From a virus (Duplodnaviria; Caudoviricetes): a DNA stretch of 39,439 nt. Numbering within the stretch: position 1 is the stretch's first letter; each line of letters begins with the position of its first letter. The DNA lies in the IMG/VR virus record IMGVR_UViG_3300025127_000087, positions 1 through 39,439 of that record. One strand, given 5' to 3'. Both the position numbers and the translations under genes were made by a program. The notes beneath the pieces are model-generated. The model was given only the letters and a program-made list of their open reading frames with translations, had not been told where the DNA came from and ran no database searches. Below are positions 19,001-25,574 of this stretch, piece by piece.

Positions 19001-22000
19001 CCAGGCACTCTTGCCAACGTGATCCAAGAAGAACTCGACACCGTCGGCATGCCACTCTTCAGTAGGCGTGGAGGTCTCGGAGGTGAGGAGGTCGTAGCTT
19101 CCCCAGATCCACGAACTAGCACTCCAGAGTTCCAAAGGTTCTACGAAGGTACGCACCCATACCTCTACGACGAACAGGGTGAACCACTTGTCCTCTATCA
19201 CGGAACCATGGCTGATCCGAAAGACCCGGATACAGGCGCGGACATGGAAGGTGAGTTCGATAGATTTGTGATCAATCGAGGGATAATTGGCAACAAGTAT
19301 GGCCCTGGGGTGTACGCGACTGCTAGTCCTGACATGGCTAGTAATTACGCAGGTGCTTCACAACCGTCGTGGGCCAGACACCAGGGCGACCTTAATGATG
19401 TGTCCGAACAAGCGCGAATACTCCCGCTGTACTTCGCGTTGAAGCGACCCTACGTCATTGAGACATTTTCTGGGGAATCAGAGATCGATCCAGACCGTGA
19501 CTTGCGGTCTGAGGGTTATGACGGCGTGATCAGAATGGGTCGATGGTCCGGCCAGGATTACGTCAAAGAAGCAGTCGCGTTCGAGCCAGGTCAAGTCAAG
19601 TCTGCCTTGGGCAACCGTGGCACGTTCGACCGATCGCAAGACAGCATGTTGGAATCACGCTCGTACCGCCGAGATGCAGAAGACGAGTTCTTCTCTGATC
19701 GCAAGGGGCAGCGTGGCAACCGAGAAATGAGGAAGTCCTTCCGAGCAGGCTACGCATACTCGAATGAAGAAGCCAAGATGATTCGCGAGGAAGAGCGCGA
19801 AGCCCAGAACGACAGGCTTCGAGAGAAGGTGGCGAACGAGCGCGTCCTGGCCGCCGACAAGCTCATCCGGTTGAAGAACAGATTCGATCGATTCAAGGAG
19901 CGCGAAACCAACAGGAGGTTGGTGGAGCGAATGAAGGGTCGCACGAGAGAGCAGCGTCTCAAGCTGGTGCAGGAAGCGAACAAGGAACGACAGAAGGAGA
20001 AGGACAACTTGGCGAAGTCAATTCGCAAGTCCGCCCTTGAAGTCGTTCGCCTGTTGCCCGAGAAGTACAAGGGCAAGATCGCGGCACAGCTTGCGAAGAC
20101 TGACAACCCGAAGAAGCTGGCGGCTCTTTCTCGACGTGCCATCCGACTGTCTGCGCATGCTACCTATGGAAATACGCGCACCCGGTTCGGTAAGGCGAAG
20201 AAGATGCTTCGCAAGCGCAAGATGTCGAACCAAACCAAGAAGAACGTCATGGCCGCGCTTGACCAAGCCGAGAACGCGCTGCGTCCTGACGGCTCTCTGC
20301 TCACCACCACCGCGAAGACTGAACAGTCCCTGGCCGCATCGGAAGCAGCAAACAAGCTGATCGACCAGGCTCTCGATGCATACCGCATGGAGCGCGATGA
20401 CTTCAGATCGCAGAAGGATGCGAGGTCCGAAAGACTTCTTGATGCAGCGATCGCCATTGAGGAAGGGTTTACCGGCAGGCGATTTGCGAAAAGGAAGCAG
20501 AAGGGTGTCACTTCGTCACCATTCCGAGAGGGTGTGGTCAGGGCGATCATCCGAATGGGCGGCGACATGGAGTCTCTCATCGAAACAATCGACGAGAGCG
20601 GAGTCTTCTCTGAGTATCTCGTTGCTCGAATGAGAAGAGCAGAGTCTGACTACTACACCGTTCGTCGAGAAATCATGGAAGAGCTTGACCTGGCCGCGCA
20701 ACGTGCCGGGTTCGCTTCTGGCGATGCATTGCTTGCCGCGACATCAGACTCGCACCTTGGCATCGAATCCACTCAGAAGCGTGACATCATCGTCAACGGC
20801 AAGAAGGTCACTGTTAGATTGGGCGAGTTGATGAAACTCGCTGCTCTGGATGACGAGTCCTTGAACATGATTCTCGACACCACCGACGATGACGGCAATG
20901 AAGTGCGTGGAGTTGGCATTGCATTCAGAGACGCAGGCGACGATGTTGCGTACCAGATGACTGCGGATGAATACGCCGCGATCCTCGCGACACTGACTCC
21001 CGAAGAAGCCGCCCTGGTACAGGAACTGAAGGATGCCCGCGAGAAGCTCCGAGATCCAGCGTTCGATGTGTTCTACCAGTTGCATGGGTATCAACCACGA
21101 TTCGTTCCAGGGTACGAGCCACGTTCTCGAAGAGCGACGGCATCGATGGAACCGCCGGACGTGCAGACCTCTGGCGTTGGTGCTTCGTTCCTGGACACTG
21201 GTGGATTCACAAAGGAGCGCGTGGAGGGCGGCGGATCCCCGGTTCTCATCGGTGACTTTCTCAGCGACTGGATGAATTCAACAGATGCGCTTGCACGTTT
21301 GTCAACGATGGCGATGCCAGTTCGCGATGCATACGCACTACTCATGGATGAGCGTTTGTCCAAAGAGATCGTCACCCGATATGGCCAGGGTGCGCTTGAC
21401 AGACTTCGTGAAATGTTTATCACTGGTTCTGGATTGCAACCAAGGGCGAAGCGAGAGGGAATTGCGAAGCTGTTCTCGGATCTTGCTGGTGCTCTTTCGG
21501 TCGCGTATTTGAGTTTGAACCCTGGCACCTTTACCCGTGTGGCTGCTGGTGGTGTGGCTAGGATGATTTCAGATCCTGACATGCCAATTGGCGGATTGTC
21601 GAAAGCATTAGTTACCCCTACAAGTTGGCCGAAGTTTGATGACATCGCAGAGATCAGTGGTTACTTCTACGCAAGAAACCGAGAAGCAGCGATTGACAGA
21701 CGAACTAATCAACAGATGCAGACTCTCGAAGGAGAGCGTCGGCGCATGGCGATTGAACACTTAAAAGCTGCTATGCGAGAAACAGCCGCAGGTCGCATTG
21801 GAATTGCACGTAAACAACTCATCAATGCATTCGGTCAGATAGGTATTCTTGACTTGATCGACCGAACCTTGGTGCGAGTTGCAGTCGCTGCGCACATGGG
21901 TGATGGAGTTTCACTTGAGCAAGCAGTTGATCGTGCTGAAACGACAATTCGACGAACACAGAACACTACTAGTGCGCTTGATGATCCTGCGATTCTTGGA

Positions 22001-22702
22001 GCAGGTGGCACTGGGTCGGTGGCCAGGATGTTTCTTCCGTTCGCTTCAGACCCAATGAAGGCTGGTGCAAGGTTGCATCAAGCGGCGGGTAGCGGTGACA
22101 TGTCTGGTGTCGGTCGATGGGTGGGAAGCACCCTGGCGAACGCAACGGTCAACGTCACCACACGACCGATCACGTACATAATTGGGTATGCAATCTCTGA
22201 AATGTTCGGAGACGAAGAAGAGTCTCTTGTCAATCAAGCCAGAATCTACGAGCAGTGGAGCGCAGACACCATGGGGATCGACGCGATTTCCGAAACGATT
22301 GGAAGCGCAGGTGGAGTTGGTGGGTACATCATCGCTGGACCAATCGCAGACATGGTCATGAGATACGCTTCTGGGAAGACTATCTACGCTGATTCCGCTA
22401 CTCCACAACCTCTCGGTATCGACGCGATTGCCCAGTTCGCACAGACCGCGACCTACGCATTGCAGTCAACCAAACCAGAAACAAGGAACCGGCACCTCAA
22501 GGCATTGGCGAACCAAGCTCTCAAGGTCGGCATTGGAGACCCTACCCAGGCCATCCGAAAATCACTTGGAGCGTTGGACCCGATCGACACAGGCGAGGTT
22601 GACCGAGCGATTAGGCTGCTGAAGAAGCTCAAGAAATCAGGAGATGAATCCGATCGGTTGGATGAGCTTATTCGCAGACTTGAAGCTGTGAAGGGTGACT
22701 AA
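13058..22702 (+). CDS. Giant polyvalent virion/ejection protein (zincin-like HExxH, two ART-PolyVal-like domains, HhH-like domain, EVQSDW domain, helical C-terminus)
   Basis: 3214 aa ORF (TTG start, uncertain); HELDH at 14690-14704; two GEPLV.YHG...G.Y...GYDG.I...AF...Q.KS units at ~15300-15945 and ~19100-19650. Confidence 0.85.
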   Translation: MTLFQKSGEGHQDFTLGELLGKTAKKTPEQFLGELLTDKADPLVNYRAQRGARELGDQMGGETSKQFSRAFQRALRESPLGFLGSALPVETIDRFAQAAIRGGSAFSGTVADVIGELPGAESMNGLAAFMRGWTESFRPEDTPHWLIGDIEQAVESAPGTALGVGGALLGGGPVGAAIGGAVGGMGVSYSRSKYQAETQVDEMIAFYEREGFEIPKHLTDDAIENMAMYMALIEGGIEGVGAGVSFGIGAGLAKLATKRASRKLARSAAEKFLGASVVKGAKGAGLFAGEAVLEGLEEVVTERAQAPLQIDPVQRDVTWTELGLAFRGGMVGGATMSTPMLAVGAIAEKKRQEAQEKALRELNQVLVEAAGPASRQVARYENEFDGKTEGEQQNRIERATEARMNLIGQREGFKSMTESELLETDADGVTNADKQHNLTRQITELQDAIEAMQVAKANLKDGIRTEVIEAQDPTEYIKQNGFKFVAEPSEKVGDAANRLRELGVDVRVVDTGKEGAAFYDPQTPTTIYLNDNASVTADSFAEGLHELDHLLDHLAPEQAAEIRDILTLTRRMEYAKEYTTGQGADTKQDRAARARQQAQSQLERGRGIKTDDEGIANLRGGETFSEVEGTASAVGRGAEILSPADKSRFARAIDAVAARVGFLGQEAKAAQRILDTIKSTLESLPTIKPGDQVEIRGKGAELIQRTRMLPEATPLRSRRTAETVSEASQARMDQPGGIGDVQALSSRAAADTSSPEFKQFFGKSQVVDEGGEPLVVYHGSTEYFDTFNYDKLGQQGTSEGRGLYFTSSEEVGVAYQTRGEDGPGVLFEGYLNIEKPLSEDSKTITKDELEQFIRAIDPDGSEYLTNYGDVSFDGYDSVVAKAVEAEYDFSENDVDLINAIMSAGVPDEMEFFRTLKSTLGYDGIITAWGDKEDGGVPIYIAFLPEQAKSVESKAFDTTKPSFLESRRKNNKAEVEQVLEAVPAKTAQTVLAKSDMVNWMTPEDALGFTRSDVANEAIAKYDEFVSDRRLLADALQILPAASEWYMLSEQVFSSLGEGRIPLWKLVAVIATTSAQKSVKSNVDVGLRTALAYTEFIEKGGDPSNTESLLRAIAGKNASRGPKGRMKKILSTGTGPLYLYADVLGTADVLQSQTMDEVVQRLITPGSMIKQQLDLDKGTGAARKLAAFLRNLMGDDRLVTNDVWMAFWWGVDQQNFSSGSGYAAATAAMRNIASAVGMSPAQGQAAAWAIARVYLGRVRNEKKRAPANRRKFTDVIAEPVTIEDLLGTDIGSLLVLPTLPSGGKEVANEAPDLLRSLGFNPDAARDIVGDFEQRYREAYSGVDFSLPGSLGPRRSSRLVRRFEQADIDRNIKKNVKRAEEGKPPLPTTRLASRQGVFDSKMYRSLNDARDQPNIKTSEQLRAFLGKQGVEREEIYWTGLDEFLKSQDPKATVDIDEAIAHGTTPVEVFTNVQTDSEILDRDPDDLYGKPDAYTRVGEFVEYTSYLPPGHGPATNLVLSLNPSDERLTRDEGGLPVYDFENKKMVEVEDQEADNRKKGFSGSQHSFSGVPRGSIITHVRATDQRYKIDNTEEPNTFNLAEVQSDWASGLMQLPSHFSGTKEVVTPFVFSKRKGKVVPLWQKLALKRSLAYAVENGYEYISLPNTDLVNSSPGIEVEGKGYDALVKMFETLLDPYIRKGDISGWYEGVVEPDELGMAPAGSMNVEELREQYVRDNLSDFMESAIESETYNWENEIYELDVDDKFQFPKDWANQVAKAHASPGYNQTRAVIEQIDYSAAQVWSYLTQWQSSDNLPDNDTGRYQDRPVPFIEEQEGLPGIPKMNHGVYREEQGQLGLSGEEIEVYVIRTSEGEKIGEAPSFQAAHKLLAQIQIDTIREYSNDMLNSFEILQVAPDNAIDSRMPVFIGSLSSDALEASGLLESDMIEERAREDLDHVMDSMDEFDESNETGMREDARATVYKLGDKNEPGTLANVIQEELDTVGMPLFSRRGGLGGEEVVASPDPRTSTPEFQRFYEGTHPYLYDEQGEPLVLYHGTMADPKDPDTGADMEGEFDRFVINRGIIGNKYGPGVYATASPDMASNYAGASQPSWARHQGDLNDVSEQARILPLYFALKRPYVIETFSGESEIDPDRDLRSEGYDGVIRMGRWSGQDYVKEAVAFEPGQVKSALGNRGTFDRSQDSMLESRSYRRDAEDEFFSDRKGQRGNREMRKSFRAGYAYSNEEAKMIREEEREAQNDRLREKVANERVLAADKLIRLKNRFDRFKERETNRRLVERMKGRTREQRLKLVQEANKERQKEKDNLAKSIRKSALEVVRLLPEKYKGKIAAQLAKTDNPKKLAALSRRAIRLSAHATYGNTRTRFGKAKKMLRKRKMSNQTKKNVMAALDQAENALRPDGSLLTTTAKTEQSLAASEAANKLIDQALDAYRMERDDFRSQKDARSERLLDAAIAIEEGFTGRRFAKRKQKGVTSSPFREGVVRAIIRMGGDMESLIETIDESGVFSEYLVARMRRAESDYYTVRREIMEELDLAAQRAGFASGDALLAATSDSHLGIESTQKRDIIVNGKKVTVRLGELMKLAALDDESLNMILDTTDDDGNEVRGVGIAFRDAGDDVAYQMTADEYAAILATLTPEEAALVQELKDAREKLRDPAFDVFYQLHGYQPRFVPGYEPRSRRATASMEPPDVQTSGVGASFLDTGGFTKERVEGGGSPVLIGDFLSDWMNSTDALARLSTMAMPVRDAYALLMDERLSKEIVTRYGQGALDRLREMFITGSGLQPRAKREGIAKLFSDLAGALSVAYLSLNPGTFTRVAAGGVARMISDPDMPIGGLSKALVTPTSWPKFDDIAEISGYFYARNREAAIDRRTNQQMQTLEGERRRMAIEHLKAAMRETAAGRIGIARKQLINAFGQIGILDLIDRTLVRVAVAAHMGDGVSLEQAVDRAETTIRRTQNTTSALDDPAILGAGGTGSVARMFLPFASDPMKAGARLHQAAGSGDMSGVGRWVGSTLANATVNVTTRPITYIIGYAISEMFGDEEESLVNQARIYEQWSADTMGIDAISETIGSAGGVGGYIIAGPIADMVMRYASGKTIYADSATPQPLGIDAIAQFAQTATYALQSTKPETRNRHLKALANQALKVGIGDPTQAIRKSLGALDPIDTGEVDRAIRLLKKLKKSGDESDRLDELIRRLEAVKGD

Positions 22703-22931
22703 CAAACTGGGGAAAGAAGTGCTTGAAGAACACCTCACATCAATCGCTGTCGGTATCGCTGGTCCTGCTATTCTTGGAGTCTTCGCGTTCCTTTGGAAAG
22801 TGAATTCCAGGCTTGCGGGAATCGAACGTAAATTGGAAGCTCACGATCACCGGATCAAAGACAACAGAGCGACTCTGTCGAAGCATTTCGACAAAGCGTT
22901 CACCATACGAAAAAGCATAAACGAAATATGA
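22695..22931 (+). CDS. Small membrane protein (holin-like)
   Basis: One hydrophobic helix followed by a coiled-coil; start may be GTG 22719. Confidence 0.5.
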   Translation: MTNKLGKEVLEEHLTSIAVGIAGPAILGVFAFLWKVNSRLAGIERKLEAHDHRIKDNRATLSKHFDKAFTIRKSINEI

Positions 22932-23299
22932 TCAAACCAGCCACAAGTATCCTGGCTCTCCTCGCTGTTTCCGGGTGTCGCTCAATCAAAGTGATACCGA
23001 CTGGTAGCGACACTGCGGTGTCTGCGATCAAAGACATCTCATCATCGGAACCTCTGAGTGTGTTGAGTGTTGTTGGTGGCTTGTGTCTTCTCGCAGGCAT
23101 GGTGCTCCTCGTGGTCACTCGTGGTGCGCGTGGTTGGTATCCAGTCATTGGTGGTTTGATTCTCACAGTTCTCAACTACGTCGTTGCGAAGTACGACGAC
23201 TACTTGTTCTACCCTCTGGTGGTGTTCACCGGATGCATCTCAGCAGCTTGGACGTACAAGATCGTCAAGCAAATTCTATTGGAGAAAAAGAAGTCATGA
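22928..23299 (+). CDS. Putative lipoprotein with three further hydrophobic segments
   Basis: Signal peptide with lipobox-like LAVSG-C; three hydrophobic helices. Confidence 0.6.
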   Translation: MIKPATSILALLAVSGCRSIKVIPTGSDTAVSAIKDISSSEPLSVLSVVGGLCLLAGMVLLVVTRGARGWYPVIGGLILTVLNYVVAKYDDYLFYPLVVFTGCISAAWTYKIVKQILLEKKKS

Positions 23300-23436
23300 G
23301 TACTCTTGCAAGTTTCAGTGGGTTCCTCGGAACCGTTTGGTTCATGGTCATCATCTGCGCAGCTTCATTCGGTGCAGGTGTGATGTTCAAGACACCTTTC
23401 CTCAAGATGATCACGCGAGGCAAGTACAATGGTTGA
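23296..23436 (+). CDS. Small single-pass membrane protein (46 aa)
   Basis: ATGA overlap; MSTLASFSGFLGTVWFMVIICAASFGAGVMFK... Confidence 0.6.
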   Translation: MSTLASFSGFLGTVWFMVIICAASFGAGVMFKTPFLKMITRGKYNG

Positions 23437-23626
23437 AGCAATCAGAAAGTTCATCAGCGACGATCGTGGAATGCAGACTGGTGAATACATGATCCTTGGC
23501 ACCATCATGGGCGCGGGATCAGTCGGTGCAATCAAGACAGTTCGCGATGGCCAGGTTGAAAAGTTTCAGCAGTTGACTGAAGCATTGGACACGAACTCTG
23601 ATGGAACAATCGGTGGTGGTGGGTAA
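23429..23626 (+). CDS. flp: Flp-family type IVb pilin
   Basis: 65 aa; leader MVEAIRKFISDDRG, then MQTGEY (Glu+5, Tyr+6), hydrophobic helix and F..L...L tail. Confidence 0.75.
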   Translation: MVEAIRKFISDDRGMQTGEYMILGTIMGAGSVGAIKTVRDGQVEKFQQLTEALDTNSDGTIGGGG

Positions 23627-23647
23627 TTGAACCTGCAAGCCAAAGAG

Positions 23648-23676
23648 AAACGCCCTCCTCACCGGGGGCGTTTTTT
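23648..23676 (+). terminator. Rho-independent terminator ending the late operon (possibly bidirectional)
   Basis: AAACGCCCTC-ctcacc-GGGGGCGTTTTTT at the convergence of the two strands. Confidence 0.8.
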
Positions 23677-24006
23677 CGTGATCTTGATCACTCGGAAATC
23701 GTGGTCTCTTTTCCATTCATAACTTCTGAATTCTGGTGGGCAATCACTGAAATCCTTGCGACACTCTTCGGCTTCCTCGAATGTTCCGAACTTTCGGATC
23801 TGTCCGATTTTCCGATTTCCTTTGCTTGCGTTGTTGAATGCCCTGGGTTTGCCTTGGTCTTGTCTGCATTGAATTTCACACTGCCGCAGTACCCCATACA
23901 GAACATCTCGGTCTTCCACTGGCGAGCGTGATCGTATTACGAACAGAGTTTCCTCTGGTTGATCAGGAAGTGTTGCAATGTATGTGTTCATCTTGACGTT
24001 GCTCAT
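23659..24006 (-). CDS. Early hypothetical protein (115 aa)
   Basis: Shared leader GAGAACACAATG. Confidence 0.7.
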   Translation of the reverse strand: MSNVKMNTYIATLPDQPEETLFVIRSRSPVEDRDVLYGVLRQCEIQCRQDQGKPRAFNNASKGNRKIGQIRKFGTFEEAEECRKDFSDCPPEFRSYEWKRDHDFRVIKITKKRPR

Positions 24007-24027
24007 TGTGTTCTCTTTCCAGGTTGA

Positions 24028-24144
24028 TCAGCGGATCTTCAGGTTGGCAGGCCAACCCAGAGGCTTGCCATCTTGCATCGGGTTGTTGAGGTGCTTTTCG
24101 TGTTCGATGTCGTAGGTCGTCATGATCATGTTGTCGCGGTCCAT
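24028..24144 (-). CDS. Early small protein (38 aa)
   Basis: Manual translation MDRDNMIMTTYDIEHEKHLNNPMQDGKPLGWPANLKIR; leader GAGAACACAATG. Confidence 0.6.
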   Translation of the reverse strand: MDRDNMIMTTYDIEHEKHLNNPMQDGKPLGWPANLKIR

Positions 24145-24145
24145 T

Positions 24146-24187
24146 GTGTTCTCTTTTCTGCGCGTTCTGGGAGTCGCGCCCCTCCGT
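24146..24187 (-). repeat. 42-bp intergenic repeat, copy 1 (pseudoknot-like element plus leader)
   Basis: Identical to 25094-25135. Confidence 0.95.
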
Positions 24188-24192
24188 TGTAA

Positions 24193-24684
24193 TTACCGAC
24201 GAGTATCTACTGCTTCTCGGGCTTCACCCATGAGATCAAAGGCGCACTCCTGTCCATCGTTCTCAGCGGATTCGACAGCCGACCAGTCCGGTTCGCAGTT
24301 CACGAAGTGCAGACGATTGCCCCATCCTCTGTTGATCGCATGACATCGGTCATAGCAGAAAGCCCAGACCCATTCGGATGCGTCAGTCGCATAGAAGTCA
24401 CTGACGATCTCGGAAGCCTTGAAGCTGAACGGTGACACGATCCAGTCGCTTCCGACTGCTGCGATCTTGATCTCGGGCTGTCGATCGCGGTGCATGAGGA
24501 AAACGACGAAGGCGTTGTCCCATACCTTTCTCACTCCCATCACATGTCTGCCGTCTGCGTCAACCGCGAGACCTGTCTCTGAGTCGTACATGAAGGAGGA
24601 GGTCTTGCTGTCAAGGCGCATCATGCCGCTGATATGGTGGATGGCTTGCTTCTTGGTCTCGAAAAGTTTCGGTGAGTTGTTCAC
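24193..24684 (-). CDS. Early hypothetical protein (163 aa)
   Basis: GTG start after leader GGAGAACACC. Confidence 0.7.
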   Translation of the reverse strand: MNNSPKLFETKKQAIHHISGMMRLDSKTSSFMYDSETGLAVDADGRHVMGVRKVWDNAFVVFLMHRDRQPEIKIAAVGSDWIVSPFSFKASEIVSDFYATDASEWVWAFCYDRCHAINRGWGNRLHFVNCEPDWSAVESAENDGQECAFDLMGEAREAVDTRR

Positions 24685-24685
24685 G

Positions 24686-24735
24686 GTGTTCTCCAGTTCT
24701 GCGCGTTGGATGAGCCGCGCCCCTCATGTTGTTGG
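24686..24735 (-). repeat. Diverged copy of the intergenic repeat
   Basis: Minus strand CCAACAAC-ATGAGGGGCGCGGCTCATCCAACGCGC-AGAACTGGAGAACAC. Confidence 0.85.
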
Positions 24736-25092
24736 TTAGCCTTGTGCGATTGCGCAAGCGATCTCGATCTTGCTCTTCTTGAAGTTGGCCTCTTGGATCA
24801 TGGTCTTGATCTTCCTGAGCTTTCGCTTGTCGGTGGTTCCCCACTGCTTCGCGACGTGCGCGGAGTATTGAGGAGTCCATGCTTTATTGAGGTGCTCGGG
24901 TCCGCCTCTTCTCGCCTCGGACTCTGCGGCCTTGAGCGCGAGAGGGAAGGAAGAGGACCATCCGGTGATGACGTTGCCCGATTCCGTCGTCACCCTCCAC
25001 GCGCATCCGAGGTCGCGCTTCGACTTGATGGTCATGACAGTCCCATCGGTGAAGGTGGCGGTGAAGGGCTTGGCTTTGGTCGTGTTCGTCAT
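24736..25092 (-). CDS. Early hypothetical protein (118 aa)
   Basis: Leader GAGAACACCATG. Confidence 0.75.
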   Translation of the reverse strand: MTNTTKAKPFTATFTDGTVMTIKSKRDLGCAWRVTTESGNVITGWSSSFPLALKAAESEARRGGPEHLNKAWTPQYSAHVAKQWGTTDKRKLRKIKTMIQEANFKKSKIEIACAIAQG

Positions 25093-25093
25093 G

Positions 25094-25135
25094 GTGTTCT
25101 CTTTTCTGCGCGTTCTGGGAGTCGCGCCCCTCCGT
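25094..25135 (-). repeat. 42-bp intergenic repeat, copy 3
   Basis: Identical to 24146-24187. Confidence 0.95.
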
Positions 25136-25140
25136 GTTGG

Positions 25141-25374
25141 TTACTTGGCGCGGGGGTGTGACTGCGCAACAAAGAAGCCAGTGTCGCCCCATGCGACTCG
25201 GGCAGGTGTCGAAGGATCGAGCTGATGCTCGAACTCGACCGGCCAGTCCAGTCGATCCATCACAGTCACAGCGACCATCGTGTCGTTGTCGATCGACGCT
25301 GCGATCTGCTTGGCTTCGGCAAGGCTCCAGATCCCTGCGTTCTCTTTGGTCTCGAAGTTAGTCGGGGCTTTCAT
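25141..25374 (-). CDS. Early hypothetical protein (77 aa), first gene of the leftward operon
   Basis: Start MKAPTNF after leader GGAGAACACATG, just downstream of the leftward promoter. Confidence 0.7.
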   Translation of the reverse strand: MKAPTNFETKENAGIWSLAEAKQIAASIDNDTMVAVTVMDRLDWPVEFEHQLDPSTPARVAWGDTGFFVAQSHPRAK

Positions 25375-25408
25375 GTGTTCTCCAGTTAGGTGGTTGACTT
25401 GAACCCCA

Positions 25409-25436
25409 AAGATAGCGAGTAAACTTGAGTATGCAA
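25409..25436 (-). promoter_or_regulatory. Leftward sigma70-like promoter
   Basis: Minus strand TTGCAT-N16-TATCTT with an AT-rich upstream region. Confidence 0.6.
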
Positions 25437-25482
25437 GGGGCAACTGAGAAAAACTGAAATTTAGATTTATTTCTGTATCTTG

Positions 25483-25510
25483 TTGACAACTCCAGTCAAC
25501 TCCTTATAGT
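25483..25510 (+). promoter_or_regulatory. Rightward sigma70-like promoter overlapped by a palindrome
   Basis: TTGACA-N16-TATAGT; GTTGAC-N7-GTCAAC at 25482-25500. Confidence 0.75.
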
Positions 25511-25574
25511 TGGCACATGACCTGGCTTTTCAAGGGCAGCAACCCTGAGCCAGACGAACAAGCCAAGGAGCACC

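Noticed and set aside
24160-24185. HDV-like/theta ribozyme or preQ1/SAM-II riboswitch
   Set aside because: It lacks the nested P3/P1.1 elements and the conserved ligand-binding nucleotides.
24146-25135. CRISPR array or attL/attR sites
   Set aside because: Spacers are whole genes of hundreds of bases; no cas or integrase gene; the repeats are not tRNA-like.
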